The position numbers and the translations under genes are program-made. From Vampirovibrionaceae bacterium NZW_1234 (GTDB taxonomy: Bacteria > Cyanobacteriota > Vampirovibrionia > Vampirovibrionales > JAGQHJ01): 64,000 nt of DNA. Within the stretch, counting starts at the first letter, position 1, and every line of letters begins with the position of its first letter. Positions 30,987 through 41,471 of the stretch are shown one piece after another. The notes under the pieces were generated by a model, which was given only the letters and a program-made list of their open reading frames with translations, made no database searches and was not told the DNA's origin. The stretch lies in NCBI GenBank assembly GCA_041697335.1, contig JBGUGD010000002.1, positions 160,001 to 224,000 of the forward strand. Direction: 5' to 3'.

Positions 30987-32420
30987 TGCGTCTTCGACGC
31001 GGTGTTTGACAAGCTCTGGGCCTAGAAGATGGAGGGTCTTACCGAGGTCAGCACCGTGGACCCGCCCGGTGACGGCGGCTCGGATGGCCCACATAATGGT
31101 TTTCATTTTAATGGGCTTAAGATCATTCGCAAAGGCTTTCACTTGGGCAGAAATCTGCTCGATGTCGTTGAAGTTCAGGTTGGGTAGCAGGGTCTCCTGG
31201 ACTTTCTTGAGGACCTCGATAGTTTCCGGCAAGCAAAGGACTTCTTGGGACAGTTCGGGGCTGTATGTTAAGGTGTCACCGAAAAAATAGCAGACGGCAT
31301 TGGGTAGGTCGGCCAAAGTAGTGATGGGTTCCCGGACTGCTCCCAGCATCAGTTCCAATTGGGCCTCGGAATAGCGGGAGAGATCAAAGTCCTTGAGAAA
31401 GGGCTTGCTTTCAGCAAGCAAGGTACTAAGATTCCTATTGCGAATGTAATAGCCGTTAAGGAAGTTAAGTTTTTCCTGATCATAGACCGCGGGGCTATGG
31501 GAAATGCGCTCCAGCGTAAAGTCCGGGGCAAATTTCTCTAATGTTCCAATGTCTTCGCCATCGGTGGGCGACCAGCCTAGGAGAGAAAGGAAGTTGCAGA
31601 AAGCATCAGGGAGATAGCCGCTTTGAATATACTCGGCCACAGCGGTTGCCCCGTGGCGTTTGGACAGCTTGCTACGGTCCGGGGCCAGAATCATGCTGAC
31701 GTGTGCAAAGGTGGGGCAAGGAGCTCCCAAGGCTTCGTACAAGAGCATTTGCTTGGGAGTGTTTGAGACGTGATCCTCACCTCGGATGACATGGCTGATT
31801 TTCATGGTCAAATCATCGACGACAACGGCAAAGTTATAGCTGGCAATGCCATTAGACTTGACGATAACAAAGTCGCCTATGAGGGCCGATTCAAAGGTGA
31901 CGGTTCCTCGGATCACATCGTTTAAGACAATGGTGTCTGGGTGACCCGGAATGCGAAACCGAATGGCCGGTTTGCGGCTGGGGTCTTGTTTTAGTTGTTC
32001 CACCACAGCAGGATTGCAGCAACGGCGAGAGTAAATGGTCGGACGTTTTTCTTCCAGGGCCTTGGCTTTTTCAGCCTCCAGTTCTTCAGGGGTACAGTAG
32101 CAGTAGTAGGCATGACCGCTGTCTAGCAGTTTCTGGGCATACTCCCGATACAGCTCGAGACGCTGGGATTGCATGTAGGGACCATAAGGGCCACCTACGT
32201 CCGGACCTTCATCCCAGGTCAGGCCCAAAGCTTTTAGACCGTTAAAGATATCGGCGGTGTAGCGTTCGTCTGAGCGTTCCAGGTCCGTGTCCTCGATTCG
32301 AAGCACAAATGTGCCTCCCGTATGTTTTGCATAAAGGTAGTTGAACAGTGCCGTACGGGCAGTACCAACGTGCAGGTTGCCGGTTGGGCTGGGGGCAATG
32401 CGGACACGAACGTCAGACAC
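30954..32420 (-). CDS. gltX: Glutamate--tRNA ligase
   Basis: RIAPSPTGNLHVG (HIGH), LRIEDTD, IRGEDH, KLSKR. Confidence 0.97.
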   Translation of the reverse strand: MSDVRVRIAPSPTGNLHVGTARTALFNYLYAKHTGGTFVLRIEDTDLERSDERYTADIFNGLKALGLTWDEGPDVGGPYGPYMQSQRLELYREYAQKLLDSGHAYYCYCTPEELEAEKAKALEEKRPTIYSRRCCNPAVVEQLKQDPSRKPAIRFRIPGHPDTIVLNDVIRGTVTFESALIGDFVIVKSNGIASYNFAVVVDDLTMKISHVIRGEDHVSNTPKQMLLYEALGAPCPTFAHVSMILAPDRSKLSKRHGATAVAEYIQSGYLPDAFCNFLSLLGWSPTDGEDIGTLEKFAPDFTLERISHSPAVYDQEKLNFLNGYYIRNRNLSTLLAESKPFLKDFDLSRYSEAQLELMLGAVREPITTLADLPNAVCYFFGDTLTYSPELSQEVLCLPETIEVLKKVQETLLPNLNFNDIEQISAQVKAFANDLKPIKMKTIMWAIRAAVTGRVHGADLGKTLHLLGPELVKHRVEDALNQIASCNIS

Positions 32421-32532
32421 CTGGAGTCTCCTTTTTGAATGATTGAGGCTTGAATGCGTTAAGTTAGCTTGTCTGTATTATCCGACAAACAGGGGGTGGG
32501 GTGTAGTGATGTCCATGCCTTGATAAGGAGAA

Positions 32533-33522
32533 TCAATTGTTTATAGTGGCGTCTTTTTGCCCTTTATACTCGTCGTACTCCTGGAGTAGCAGGTTGACAT
32601 AAACAGAGCCCACTCGTTTAACCAAGGCTTCGTGAAGCTTTTGTTCTGCTCGTTCCTGGGACTGGTCTTCCTTATGGCGTTTAACGCCGATTTCAAAGCG
32701 ATCGAGACGCTGGGTGGTCTCCGACTCTAAGTTGTCCAGAAGGGGCTTTAGGTCCTGGATGAGTTCCTGGCGCTTCGGGTGGCGAACAATAGCGTATTCC
32801 AGCTGGCGTCGGTGATCCAAAAATTTTAATTGCTTGAGCAAGGCTGGCAAGGTTGGGTGTGACGGGTGACTAAACCAATCACCTTGACGTATTGCTCGCT
32901 CTACACGGCGTAACCCCGAGCGGGCCACCGTGGTCAGACGATCACTCGGAGGTTCTTTATATACCATAGCTGACAAGACATTCGTATCTTGAACGGCATT
33001 TTCATCCTGGATTCGGGAGGCGATGTGCTGGACTTTTTCCAGGTGGGTCATCCACTTGCGCCCAAAACGCCGTATACGTTCAAAGTCCAGCTTATCGTCT
33101 TCGGTCAGAAGCGGGGTTTTCAGTGGAAGCAGGTCCCGGTGTTTCCCTGCCCAAAATTGTGGCGTCTGAAGTAAAAAGGCGGCATGTGCGAATTCTTTAC
33201 GACGTTTGAGATCGGTGGGATGCCATGGATCGGCTTCGGCTTCCAGTTCAGCTCGAAGCCTATTAAACGCGTCCTCCGTTTTGCATGCCTGGGTACGGGA
33301 GAAAATATCTGCCCGCTCTTCAGCTGGAAGGAAATGTCCTGGTAAGGGGGCAAGAAACCGATTGATCCCGCGTAGATCACTGTGCCCCAAATTGGGTAAA
33401 AAAGGGGGGGGATCATTATTGGAGGGATCGTTCTCAGACTTGGTGCCAAAGCGAAGAGCGTGAGAAGCGAAAGGGGAAGGCCATTTATCAACCTGGCGCA
33501 TGCCTGGCAGAGAAATCCTCAT
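32533..33522 (-). CDS. Hypothetical helical protein with RFG leader
   Basis: MRISLPG...HALRFGTKS; long open frame. Confidence 0.65.
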   Translation of the reverse strand: MRISLPGMRQVDKWPSPFASHALRFGTKSENDPSNNDPPPFLPNLGHSDLRGINRFLAPLPGHFLPAEERADIFSRTQACKTEDAFNRLRAELEAEADPWHPTDLKRRKEFAHAAFLLQTPQFWAGKHRDLLPLKTPLLTEDDKLDFERIRRFGRKWMTHLEKVQHIASRIQDENAVQDTNVLSAMVYKEPPSDRLTTVARSGLRRVERAIRQGDWFSHPSHPTLPALLKQLKFLDHRRQLEYAIVRHPKRQELIQDLKPLLDNLESETTQRLDRFEIGVKRHKEDQSQERAEQKLHEALVKRVGSVYVNLLLQEYDEYKGQKDATINN

Positions 33523-33887
33523 GAGAGTGGTTCTTTCCGAATAAGTGTCCGTGAGACGGTTCAATGTCACGGGTTCTAACGTAAAGGGGCGGTCATCCTG
33601 GTACGGTTGTTGTGTACTTCCAAGGGGGAGGAGAACAAAGCGAGACCTTTTCAGACCATGTCATGCAATGACACTGGCCTATTTAGTCATAACTGAGCAG
33701 GCATGTCAATGAATAGGTAGGCAGATTTTGTCCCTTATTTTCGGGGTTTTGAAATGGGTTCTCGAATTAGTCTGAACGGGCCTTTGTATCAAAATTGTAA
33801 CGAAGGCCGCATAATTCCGGGGAAAGAATTGCGGTTTTTTTTATTTTTATTTAGATTTGCATGGATATTGGAAGGTGAACGGGGTTT

Positions 33888-36800
33888 ATGAAAACGGGTT
33901 TATTTCCGGCTCTTGGTTATCAAACTCCTTCTCGGCTGTTTCGAGGGGGCATGGTGAATGCCTCTCTTTCATCTGACAATTCAGGAGTCATGTTTTCAGG
34001 CAATCGACGTCCTCATCCAGCAACGTACGAATCAGCAGAGAGCCTTAGGGGGCTTTGCGAGCAGTTGGGTCAAACCCACGCTCATAAGCGTTTTAACAGT
34101 CTTATTGAGCGTATTATTGAGGGCTTGAAGGCGAATTCAAAAATTGCCCCGGAGGATCGCATTGCCATTTTAACGGCTCTGGCCCCCCGGGTTCGTCGCT
34201 CAAAACATGTCAGTCAAGTGGGGCAGCTGATTCGTAATCAACCGGAATCGCCTGAAAAAGTGGCATTGATGGCTCAGTTCTTTGCCCCTGCCTCATCGGT
34301 AAAGGTGCCGTCCAAACCGGTTCTCGAAACGAAGGAGCAATTGCTGGCCTATTTCCCTGAGATGGTCAAGCAATTCAAGCGTCGGGTAGATACCACCTTT
34401 TTTGAAGCTCTGGGCAAGCTGCCTGAAATGGAGCAGATGGAGGTTATTGCCACTTTTGCCCGTAAACCCAACCCTCATGAAATTACCCGAGCCCTGATTG
34501 ACGCCATTGATAAATTCCAGGATCCCTTTCATAAGGCCTATGCCTGGCGATCTTTCGAGGGGCTGAGTGATAAATTGCTGGTGGGACTGATTCGGGAAAA
34601 AGCGAAGCGTTTGAAAAATCCTGTAATTTTAGCCGACATTGTTCGGACTTTTCCCCAGGATACGGATGAGTCGCTTTTGGAGACGCTGAAATCTTTTGTA
34701 AGCCAACCTCACAAGGAGCGGCTTCGCGCTCTGTCTGTTGGTGAAACTGTCTTCAAACGCCCCGATGCCAGGTTTACCTTGGCTAAAACATTTGCAACCG
34801 ATAGTTACTTGGCAGTGGGTTTAAAAGCCCTTTCAATAACGGAAGGTATTAAACCCGAAAAACGTTTGGATGCGATGCGAGCTGATTATCTGAAAGCATT
34901 TGCTCGCAGTCCGCATGCCCAGGTCCGTTTTGTGGCTCTCCTCCGAGCGTCCTCTCTCGCCGGGTCTGATCGCTTGGACACCCTCAAAACTTTTGCCCAA
35001 AATCCTGATTTGATGCTGGACATGAAGCCGGATATTCGGCACAAAACCCAACGTCTCTTTTTTAATCATCCCGAAGTCCTTCCATTTGTTGCGGATGAGG
35101 ATTTGAAATCCCAAGTGCTCAGAATGCTAGCTGCGTCCAAAGAGATGGCAACGTTGCATATGGTCTTGGATCAGTCGGCTACGCTGAAGCAGGAAATGTA
35201 TCGTATGCCGGTGTTAAAAGAAGTCATCCATAATGCAGCCTTGAGCAAGGCCATTCAAAGTAGTGGTGATTTCCCTCGCCTGTGGACAAAGATTTTGGCC
35301 AGTGTAGAAGGCTTAACTCAAGATAATTTGAAGTCTTTGGGCTTGGTGAGTCTGATGACTCACGTGGTTGCTCAGTCAGATTCCCCAATGGACGATAAAG
35401 GCTCGCCCATAACGTTGCCTCCCAATCGGATCGTTTTACCCAAAGATGCATGGCTTGCTTTTCAGGCTAAAGCCCTGGCCATGGAGACGTCGATTCAGGA
35501 TGACGGCTGGAAAGCGAAAGCCTGCCAGGCTTTCGTGAATATGCCTTTAGACACCCTGCAAAAAGCATTGGCTGCTTGCACCGGAATTACGGATCCCCAT
35601 GCTTTGGCCTCTCTGGTCAGTACTTTTGCCCATAATCCGGATGAGCAGATAATGAGCCTGCTGCAGCCCATGATATTAGCCCTCAAGAAATCGTCCCAGC
35701 AGGAGTTTGCAACAGCCCTAATCTCTCTCGCCAAGAATCCTAATGAAGCTGCCCGCTCTTTTGCTGTCGGCCAGATTAAGTCTGTTTCATCAGGGCCTCA
35801 GAAAGCAGCAGTTATTCAAGCCTATCTGGGAGATCCTTCTGATGCTGTTCGTGGGATTACGGAGCAGGCCTACCAGGAGAACAACACCAGTGATACCTTC
35901 CGTCTGAACATGGCCGTGGCGGCAAGTAACAATCCCAACCCTGTTGTACGAAATACCGGTTTCTGCAACCTTTGGGTGGTCAAGGATGAGCACGCGGTGG
36001 CCCAGGCCCTACGCTATTACATCGATGATCCGGATAAAGACATACGTGCTACTGCTGTCCAGATGGTTAGCATCTTTGAACGGCAATCGCTAAAAGCCAG
36101 TATGTTAAAACCCTTTCTCTTTGACAGTGATCCTGAAATTGTAGAACTGGCTCGTGAAAAGGCTATGGAGATGGCTCCCAAGTGGCGGGATGAAGTTTTA
36201 TCAGTGCTTGCTCCACCGGAGGAAACGGTGAAGAAGGCAGAGCCAGTGTCTGAGAGGAAACCTGTCAAGCCAACTGCTCCAACAGTAGTACGTCCTGATG
36301 TTCAGGTGGCTGGGCCCGTCAAGCATGGGTATCGCCTGGATTATATGTTCCAATCGGCACAAACCCAGCTGCAGGAAGCGGCCCAAGGGTTTGCCGCCAA
36401 TCAGGTTTACGACCCGGCCATTTTCATGTGTCGACCCACGCAAAGTAAACGCAATTGGCTCTTTCGAAGAGATGATGCCGGGCAGCCTGCGGTTTATGAA
36501 CCAATTATGAATTCTGATTTGCGTAATCTCTCAAAGCTTCTGAAGTTACCCCAAGGCTATCCCGGTATTGAGCCCTTGGAAGGCATCTATATCTTTCGTG
36601 GCTACCAGGAGCGCTTTACCCGTGGGGGTATGGGGGCCTACCATATTCTTTTTAATCATGGACCCAATCCCTTTCCGGTGGGAGGCCAGGAGTTGGCTCC
36701 ATTAAATGGAGATAAAGACTATTCTCAATTTGTGACCCCTGAGGGCGAGGCTGCCTCTGTGGATCAGATCAGCGAGATGGTTCGTAAGGCTTTAAACGAA

Positions 36801-37145
36801 GGTTCTTTGTTGCGTTTGAAGGTGGGTAAACGCAAACTGGTTTACTTTAAGCTGAAAGGCGATAAGGAAAAGCAAAAGAACCGCTTTTATACTGTGACCA
36901 TGGAATATGCCTACCCTGATGGGCGTCAGATTGGCCGAGATATTCGGACCGGGGTGCCCTACTATAAAATGCATGTGGTCCTGGGTGTTTATCCGGGCTC
37001 CAATAAGGCATTTCTTTATACCGCCTTCCCGACGAACGGAACTGTGAATATTCCGCCGCAATTGCGGCAGGTGGTTGCTGAAGCTCGACATCGCCGTCAG
37101 GCTGTCAAGGCAGCTGCCTCTTTGAAATCGGAATCCCCAGTATAA
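33888..37145 (+). CDS. Large HEAT/ARM-like repeat protein with putative C-terminal nuclease-toxin domain
   Basis: HEAT-like units (LGDPSDAVR, NPNPVVR, IDDPDKDIRATAV, LFDSDPEIVELA); C-terminal HILFNH...SQF...IGRD...TAFP. Confidence 0.7.
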   Translation: MKTGLFPALGYQTPSRLFRGGMVNASLSSDNSGVMFSGNRRPHPATYESAESLRGLCEQLGQTHAHKRFNSLIERIIEGLKANSKIAPEDRIAILTALAPRVRRSKHVSQVGQLIRNQPESPEKVALMAQFFAPASSVKVPSKPVLETKEQLLAYFPEMVKQFKRRVDTTFFEALGKLPEMEQMEVIATFARKPNPHEITRALIDAIDKFQDPFHKAYAWRSFEGLSDKLLVGLIREKAKRLKNPVILADIVRTFPQDTDESLLETLKSFVSQPHKERLRALSVGETVFKRPDARFTLAKTFATDSYLAVGLKALSITEGIKPEKRLDAMRADYLKAFARSPHAQVRFVALLRASSLAGSDRLDTLKTFAQNPDLMLDMKPDIRHKTQRLFFNHPEVLPFVADEDLKSQVLRMLAASKEMATLHMVLDQSATLKQEMYRMPVLKEVIHNAALSKAIQSSGDFPRLWTKILASVEGLTQDNLKSLGLVSLMTHVVAQSDSPMDDKGSPITLPPNRIVLPKDAWLAFQAKALAMETSIQDDGWKAKACQAFVNMPLDTLQKALAACTGITDPHALASLVSTFAHNPDEQIMSLLQPMILALKKSSQQEFATALISLAKNPNEAARSFAVGQIKSVSSGPQKAAVIQAYLGDPSDAVRGITEQAYQENNTSDTFRLNMAVAASNNPNPVVRNTGFCNLWVVKDEHAVAQALRYYIDDPDKDIRATAVQMVSIFERQSLKASMLKPFLFDSDPEIVELAREKAMEMAPKWRDEVLSVLAPPEETVKKAEPVSERKPVKPTAPTVVRPDVQVAGPVKHGYRLDYMFQSAQTQLQEAAQGFAANQVYDPAIFMCRPTQSKRNWLFRRDDAGQPAVYEPIMNSDLRNLSKLLKLPQGYPGIEPLEGIYIFRGYQERFTRGGMGAYHILFNHGPNPFPVGGQELAPLNGDKDYSQFVTPEGEAASVDQISEMVRKALNEGSLLRLKVGKRKLVYFKLKGDKEKQKNRFYTVTMEYAYPDGRQIGRDIRTGVPYYKMHVVLGVYPGSNKAFLYTAFPTNGTVNIPPQLRQVVAEARHRRQAVKAAASLKSESPV

Positions 37146-37206
37146 TAAAAACAGTTGAGATGGCGGTGCCTAATAGCTCAGGCGCTAATGCGGATCGGAG
37201 TGTTTA

Positions 37207-37479
37207 ATGGGCCAAGGGTATTTTACTTATATCTTGGAGTGTGCCGATAACACCTTATATACGGGTTGGACCACCGATGTGGCCAAACGGGTGGAGGCTC
37301 ATAACAAAGGTAAAGGGGCTAAATATACCCGAACCCGAGGGCCGGTTCGTCTGCTGGCTTCCTGGTGCTTTGATTCCAAATCGGAAGCGATGCGCTGGGA
37401 GTGGTTTATAAAGCGTTTGCCACGTCCCCAGAAGCTGCAATTAATTCGGGACGCCTCGGTAAGCTCGAACGCAATTTAA
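37207..37479 (+). CDS. GIY-YIG nuclease family protein (UPF0213/YhbQ-like)
   Basis: [18 protein letters not shown]...[13 protein letters not shown]. Confidence 0.93.
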   Translation: MGQGYFTYILECADNTLYTGWTTDVAKRVEAHNKGKGAKYTRTRGPVRLLASWCFDSKSEAMRWEWFIKRLPRPQKLQLIRDASVSSNAI

Positions 37480-37548
37480 TTCAGGTATGTGTTTTGTTTT
37501 CCTAAGTTATATTTCCCAATACGGTGATTGATTGCTTAGGAGAAATGA

Positions 37549-38304
37549 TTGATGTCGTTGACTGTTTCACGTGGACATGTGCCTGTTGATGTTCGTTTTG
37601 GAGCCCGTCGCTCAGGATGGGGCTTGGGATCTGCTATGTTGCTGTTAGCTGCTTTATCCGGAGGCTGTGGCAAAAGTGGTGCTGACCGGGTGGATATCCG
37701 TCGTCCATCGGTGTCTCAGGTGTCTTCTTTCGAACAGACAGATCGGATTCCGCCGTTTCGTTTTCATGCCGTCGATCTCCTGGGTGAGCGTGTTCATGAG
37801 CCTGCAGTTACAGAACCTCGGCATCTAAACGAGCTGGGTTTTGAATCTCTTGGGAAACGTCCTGTTTTTGATGCTGTTTACGAAAATCTACGTTTGCCGT
37901 TAGTTGAAACCGGCTTTTCCGGAGTAAGCATGCGTGAAGCTTATGATAGGGAAAGAAAACGGCCAAAGCAGCGGAATCCAAAGCCTGATCTAGGCTCTCT
38001 ACGCTCAACAGCCATCGTTTGGGATCCCACCCAAAAGCAATTCTTTCTGAGAAGCCAGCGCTTTGCCTTCGATATGGCCAGTGGTGAAGTCTATCGCCGG
38101 AAGCCAGATGTTTATCAACCTTTGCCTAATGGTCCGGTTGAAATCCCTGGATTTGAGCAATTGTCGGAACAGCATAAAGCCTCTTATACCTATTTATTGA
38201 AAGATGTTGAAGTCGATAACACTAAAGGGGTATTACGTTTAGGGTATCTTGAAATTGACGGTCCCACAGGAAAACGTCAGAAACTTGACCCTGAGTCTCC
38301 TTAA
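37549..38304 (+). CDS. Hypothetical protein with RFG leader followed by lipoprotein-like signal
   Basis: VRFGARRSGWGLGSAMLLLAALSGGC; SD AGGAG. Confidence 0.65.
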   Translation: MMSLTVSRGHVPVDVRFGARRSGWGLGSAMLLLAALSGGCGKSGADRVDIRRPSVSQVSSFEQTDRIPPFRFHAVDLLGERVHEPAVTEPRHLNELGFESLGKRPVFDAVYENLRLPLVETGFSGVSMREAYDRERKRPKQRNPKPDLGSLRSTAIVWDPTQKQFFLRSQRFAFDMASGEVYRRKPDVYQPLPNGPVEIPGFEQLSEQHKASYTYLLKDVEVDNTKGVLRLGYLEIDGPTGKRQKLDPESP

Positions 38305-38322
38305 TTCGGTGCGATAGCATGA

Positions 38323-40389
38323 TTAGATTCGGCTATGAACTAAGACAGGAAGGCTGATTGTAAAAGTGCTTCCAATGCCCACTTGGCTTTGGACGTTGAT
38401 TGTTCCGCCATGAAGTTCCACCAGTCTTTTGGTTACCGCTAGGCCCAGTCCGGCACCTTCGTACGCTTTGGAGGCTGAAGGATCCACCTGGTAAAATTCG
38501 GTAAACAGTTCAGGAATCTTCTCTTCAGGTATGCCAATACCGGTGTCTGCAACCTCGATGTCTATCCAGGAAGAATCTGGGCGTTGTTGAATGCGAACGG
38601 TTACATGGCCATTAGGCTTATTGAATTTGATGGCGTTGGTCAGCAGGTTCAACATGATCTGTCGCAACCTGACCGGATCGACGTCAATCCGGCTCAGATT
38701 CTCTTGGATGTCATGCTCGATTACAATCTGTTTGGACGCCGCCATATCTCGCACGAGATATTGGGTTTCTAAATACAAATGTTGGACATCTACCAACTCT
38801 AGGTGAAGGGCTACTTTACCTGCCTCTATCTTGGCTAAATCCAGAATTTCATTCACCATACCCAGGAGGTGCTTTCCGCTGACGACGACATTGGAAATAT
38901 AACGTTTCTGCTTTTCGTTGAGCTCCCCACCGATACCCTTTTCCAGAAATTCGGAATACCCGATGACCGCGTTCAAGGGCGTTCGCAGTTCATGACTCAT
39001 ATTGGCCAGGAACTGACTTTTTTTCTGGTTTGCAGACTCTGCCAATTCAAGGGCTTGCTTTTCTTCCGTAATGTCGAGACAGGTCCCGGCAAAGCCGATA
39101 AAGTTTCCATGAGCGTCGTAGCGCGGTACGCCCGTGGAAACTATCCAGCGATAAGTTTTGTCGGAGGCTCTGAGGAGCCGCCACTGTTCATGGTATTCTT
39201 TGTGGTCTCGTATGGCCTCTTGGTATCGTGCATAGGCTCGCTCCCTGTCCTCTGGGTGAATGCATTTTGTCCAGCCACCACCCTGGCTCTCTTCCTGGGT
39301 TAAACCGGTAAACTCCAGCCACTGTTTATTACCATACTCCTGACCACCTTTGGTATCTCCGAGCCAAATCATAATAGGTGCGGTATCCGCAATGTTTCGG
39401 AACCGGGCTTCGCTTTCCTTGAGATATTCCAGCGCCTGAGATTCTTTCTCCAGCGCAATACTGGCCTTATCATAATAGTAGACGGCACGGAGAGTTACGG
39501 TACTGATTAGAATGGAAATCAACACAGCAACAAACTCCATGGTGACGTAAAATCCATCAAATTCTTCGGGAGATGAGGTGTTTCTGTGAATAAAGACAAT
39601 CGCCCCGATTGCCAGTGCAATAATGCACACCTGAAACAGGAGAGTCAGCCAAGTTAGGAGTCTGCTGATGCTTTGTCGGGAAAGCAGTGAGGAATACAGG
39701 CCATTATAGGGGATAGTACCTATTAGAATGGCAATGCTGCTCAGTTGGAACTGGATCATGCCGGGAAGGGCCATTTTGTAATTAAATAGGACGGAAATGT
39801 TCAACCATAATCCGGCTGCTGCATAAAGCGATAGCTGAAATACAATTAAAGCCAAGGTACCGGCACCGTAAATGGCCGTATGTTGGGTTTGCTTGAATCG
39901 CCAGATTAAAAACAATGAGCTACAGATTAAAATTGTGTTAAATGCGCCAGTAATGGGCACTTGAATATGGTTATAAGGCCGCATCCAAAAATCGAGAAGA
40001 TCAAATTGTTCTTCTTTCAGGTAGGTGAACAAAAAATAAAGTCCTATGCCTGATGGAACTGTGAGACTCATCCCACGGCATAGGTTGATAATTCTCGATG
40101 AGCGGGAATGGTAACGATGTCCTAGAATCAGGATAACGGCTAGCCCCATGCCTGCAATAGCAAAGGTCATGGGAAATGGTAGTTGTGGAGAATTCCCTGG
40201 CAGGTACGATCTTAGGATGGGTACATCAAAGACAGCACCACAAAGTCCCGCCAGGCCAATACACATAACCACCATACCCAGGATGGTAGGAATTTTTTGC
40301 AGGGTTTGGTATTGAACACTCGGCACAGCTGGCCCCTCGGCGCGATGAGTCACGATTATACTTGCTTCTATATTGAATGGAAATAGCAT
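38323..40389 (-). CDS. Membrane PAS-domain sensor histidine kinase
   Basis: Multiple TMs, PAS (IHPEDRE), H-box FLANMSHELRTPLN, NLLTNAIKF, DTGIGI, GAGLGL; start uncertain. Confidence 0.93.
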   Translation of the reverse strand: MLFPFNIEASIIVTHRAEGPAVPSVQYQTLQKIPTILGMVVMCIGLAGLCGAVFDVPILRSYLPGNSPQLPFPMTFAIAGMGLAVILILGHRYHSRSSRIINLCRGMSLTVPSGIGLYFLFTYLKEEQFDLLDFWMRPYNHIQVPITGAFNTILICSSLFLIWRFKQTQHTAIYGAGTLALIVFQLSLYAAAGLWLNISVLFNYKMALPGMIQFQLSSIAILIGTIPYNGLYSSLLSRQSISRLLTWLTLLFQVCIIALAIGAIVFIHRNTSSPEEFDGFYVTMEFVAVLISILISTVTLRAVYYYDKASIALEKESQALEYLKESEARFRNIADTAPIMIWLGDTKGGQEYGNKQWLEFTGLTQEESQGGGWTKCIHPEDRERAYARYQEAIRDHKEYHEQWRLLRASDKTYRWIVSTGVPRYDAHGNFIGFAGTCLDITEEKQALELAESANQKKSQFLANMSHELRTPLNAVIGYSEFLEKGIGGELNEKQKRYISNVVVSGKHLLGMVNEILDLAKIEAGKVALHLELVDVQHLYLETQYLVRDMAASKQIVIEHDIQENLSRIDVDPVRLRQIMLNLLTNAIKFNKPNGHVTVRIQQRPDSSWIDIEVADTGIGIPEEKIPELFTEFYQVDPSASKAYEGAGLGLAVTKRLVELHGGTINVQSQVGIGSTFTISLPVLVHSRI

Positions 40390-40595
40390 TGTTAAGTTAT
40401 ATCGGAGTCGATCTTTCAGAAAGCTTCGCTTCTAATGGCAACGAGCTTGTGTTTTAAGCGATGCTGGTTACGGTTGTAATAAGTTATGTGATCCAAAGCT
40501 AAAATTTTTTAAAATATCCCGTCTTGTGGTTTTAAAAAATGCCATGATGGGCATAGTAGACAATAAGTTTAGATAGAAGTTGAAGGAGGATTTAC

Positions 40596-40868
40596 GTGAG
40601 AGTGATACGATTTAAAATCTTCCAAGCCGTATTGATGATGGCAGTTGTTTCTGTAACTGCAAATGCTCAGGCGATGACCGACAAGGTGAATCCCTTGAAT
40701 GTTCACCCAACAGGGTATCAAGGTCCCTTGGTCGATGTCTCGGTGATGCCCACCATGAGCCAAATGCGCTTCAAATCGGCTTTTGTCGAACCAGATCATA
40801 CGGTGAATGTTGATCTGTGGACCACTGGCCATCCGAATATGTCTGATGTGGAGAGTGTGACGTTCTAA
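40596..40868 (+). CDS. Small secreted hypothetical protein
   Basis: SD GGAGG; signal peptide ending AQA-M. Confidence 0.65.
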   Translation: MRVIRFKIFQAVLMMAVVSVTANAQAMTDKVNPLNVHPTGYQGPLVDVSVMPTMSQMRFKSAFVEPDHTVNVDLWTTGHPNMSDVESVTF

Positions 40869-41069
40869 ATTGGGCGTGTTTTGAACCTTCCAATGTTGTG
40901 ACCAACCTGTCATATTGGTCTTTTGATGCTGCGGTCGTTTCTCAGCACTGAAAGTGGCTTACGTATTCTGTGCGGGTTTCGATCTTCACGATTTTTTACC
41001 GGGCAGGGCTCAATTTTTTTGGATTCATGTCGATAGTCCTGATATCACCCACTGTTTCAGGAGATCGGT

Positions 41070-41276
41070 ATGAAAATTGTCGTAAACGGTATTGAATATG
41101 AGTGCATGGAGGCGGCACGCATCAAAATACTGCAGACCATGCGAAAAAAACGTTTAAGTCGCGCTAATCGTTCCGTCGAAGACATGCATAGCCATCGCGA
41201 CGAAGATGGTAGCGTAAATTGGAGCTATGTTGCAGCGTTGTATTTGAATGCCTGTCTGGACTTGGAGACCCATTAG
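41070..41276 (+). CDS. Small hypothetical protein
   Basis: SD AGGAG; 68 aa. Confidence 0.55.
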   Translation: MKIVVNGIEYECMEAARIKILQTMRKKRLSRANRSVEDMHSHRDEDGSVNWSYVAALYLNACLDLETH

Positions 41277-41391
41277 GTGTGTCTTTTCAGGAATATCAGT
41301 TTTTTTGCCTAATGTAAAATTTATGAATTATTGAAATAGCCACCCTCGACTATGTTCCGGGTGGTTTTTCAATTTTATTGATGGGCTATAA

Positions 41392-41420
41392 AGCAATTTT
41401 GCATAAATGATTGTTTTTAT
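41392..41420 (+). promoter_or_regulatory. Recurring promoter-like motif AGCAA-N16-GTTTTTAT
   Basis: Matches the motif at 19761 (also shares AAGCAATyTTG context). Confidence 0.5.
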
Positions 41421-41471
41421 TTTCTATATTTGTTTGTGTCGTATGTCACTTGGGAATTGAGGAGAAGTCGC

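Noticed and set aside
37207..37479. GIY-YIG gene as homing endonuclease or immunity protein
   Set aside because: Size and motifs match the widespread standalone UPF0213 family.
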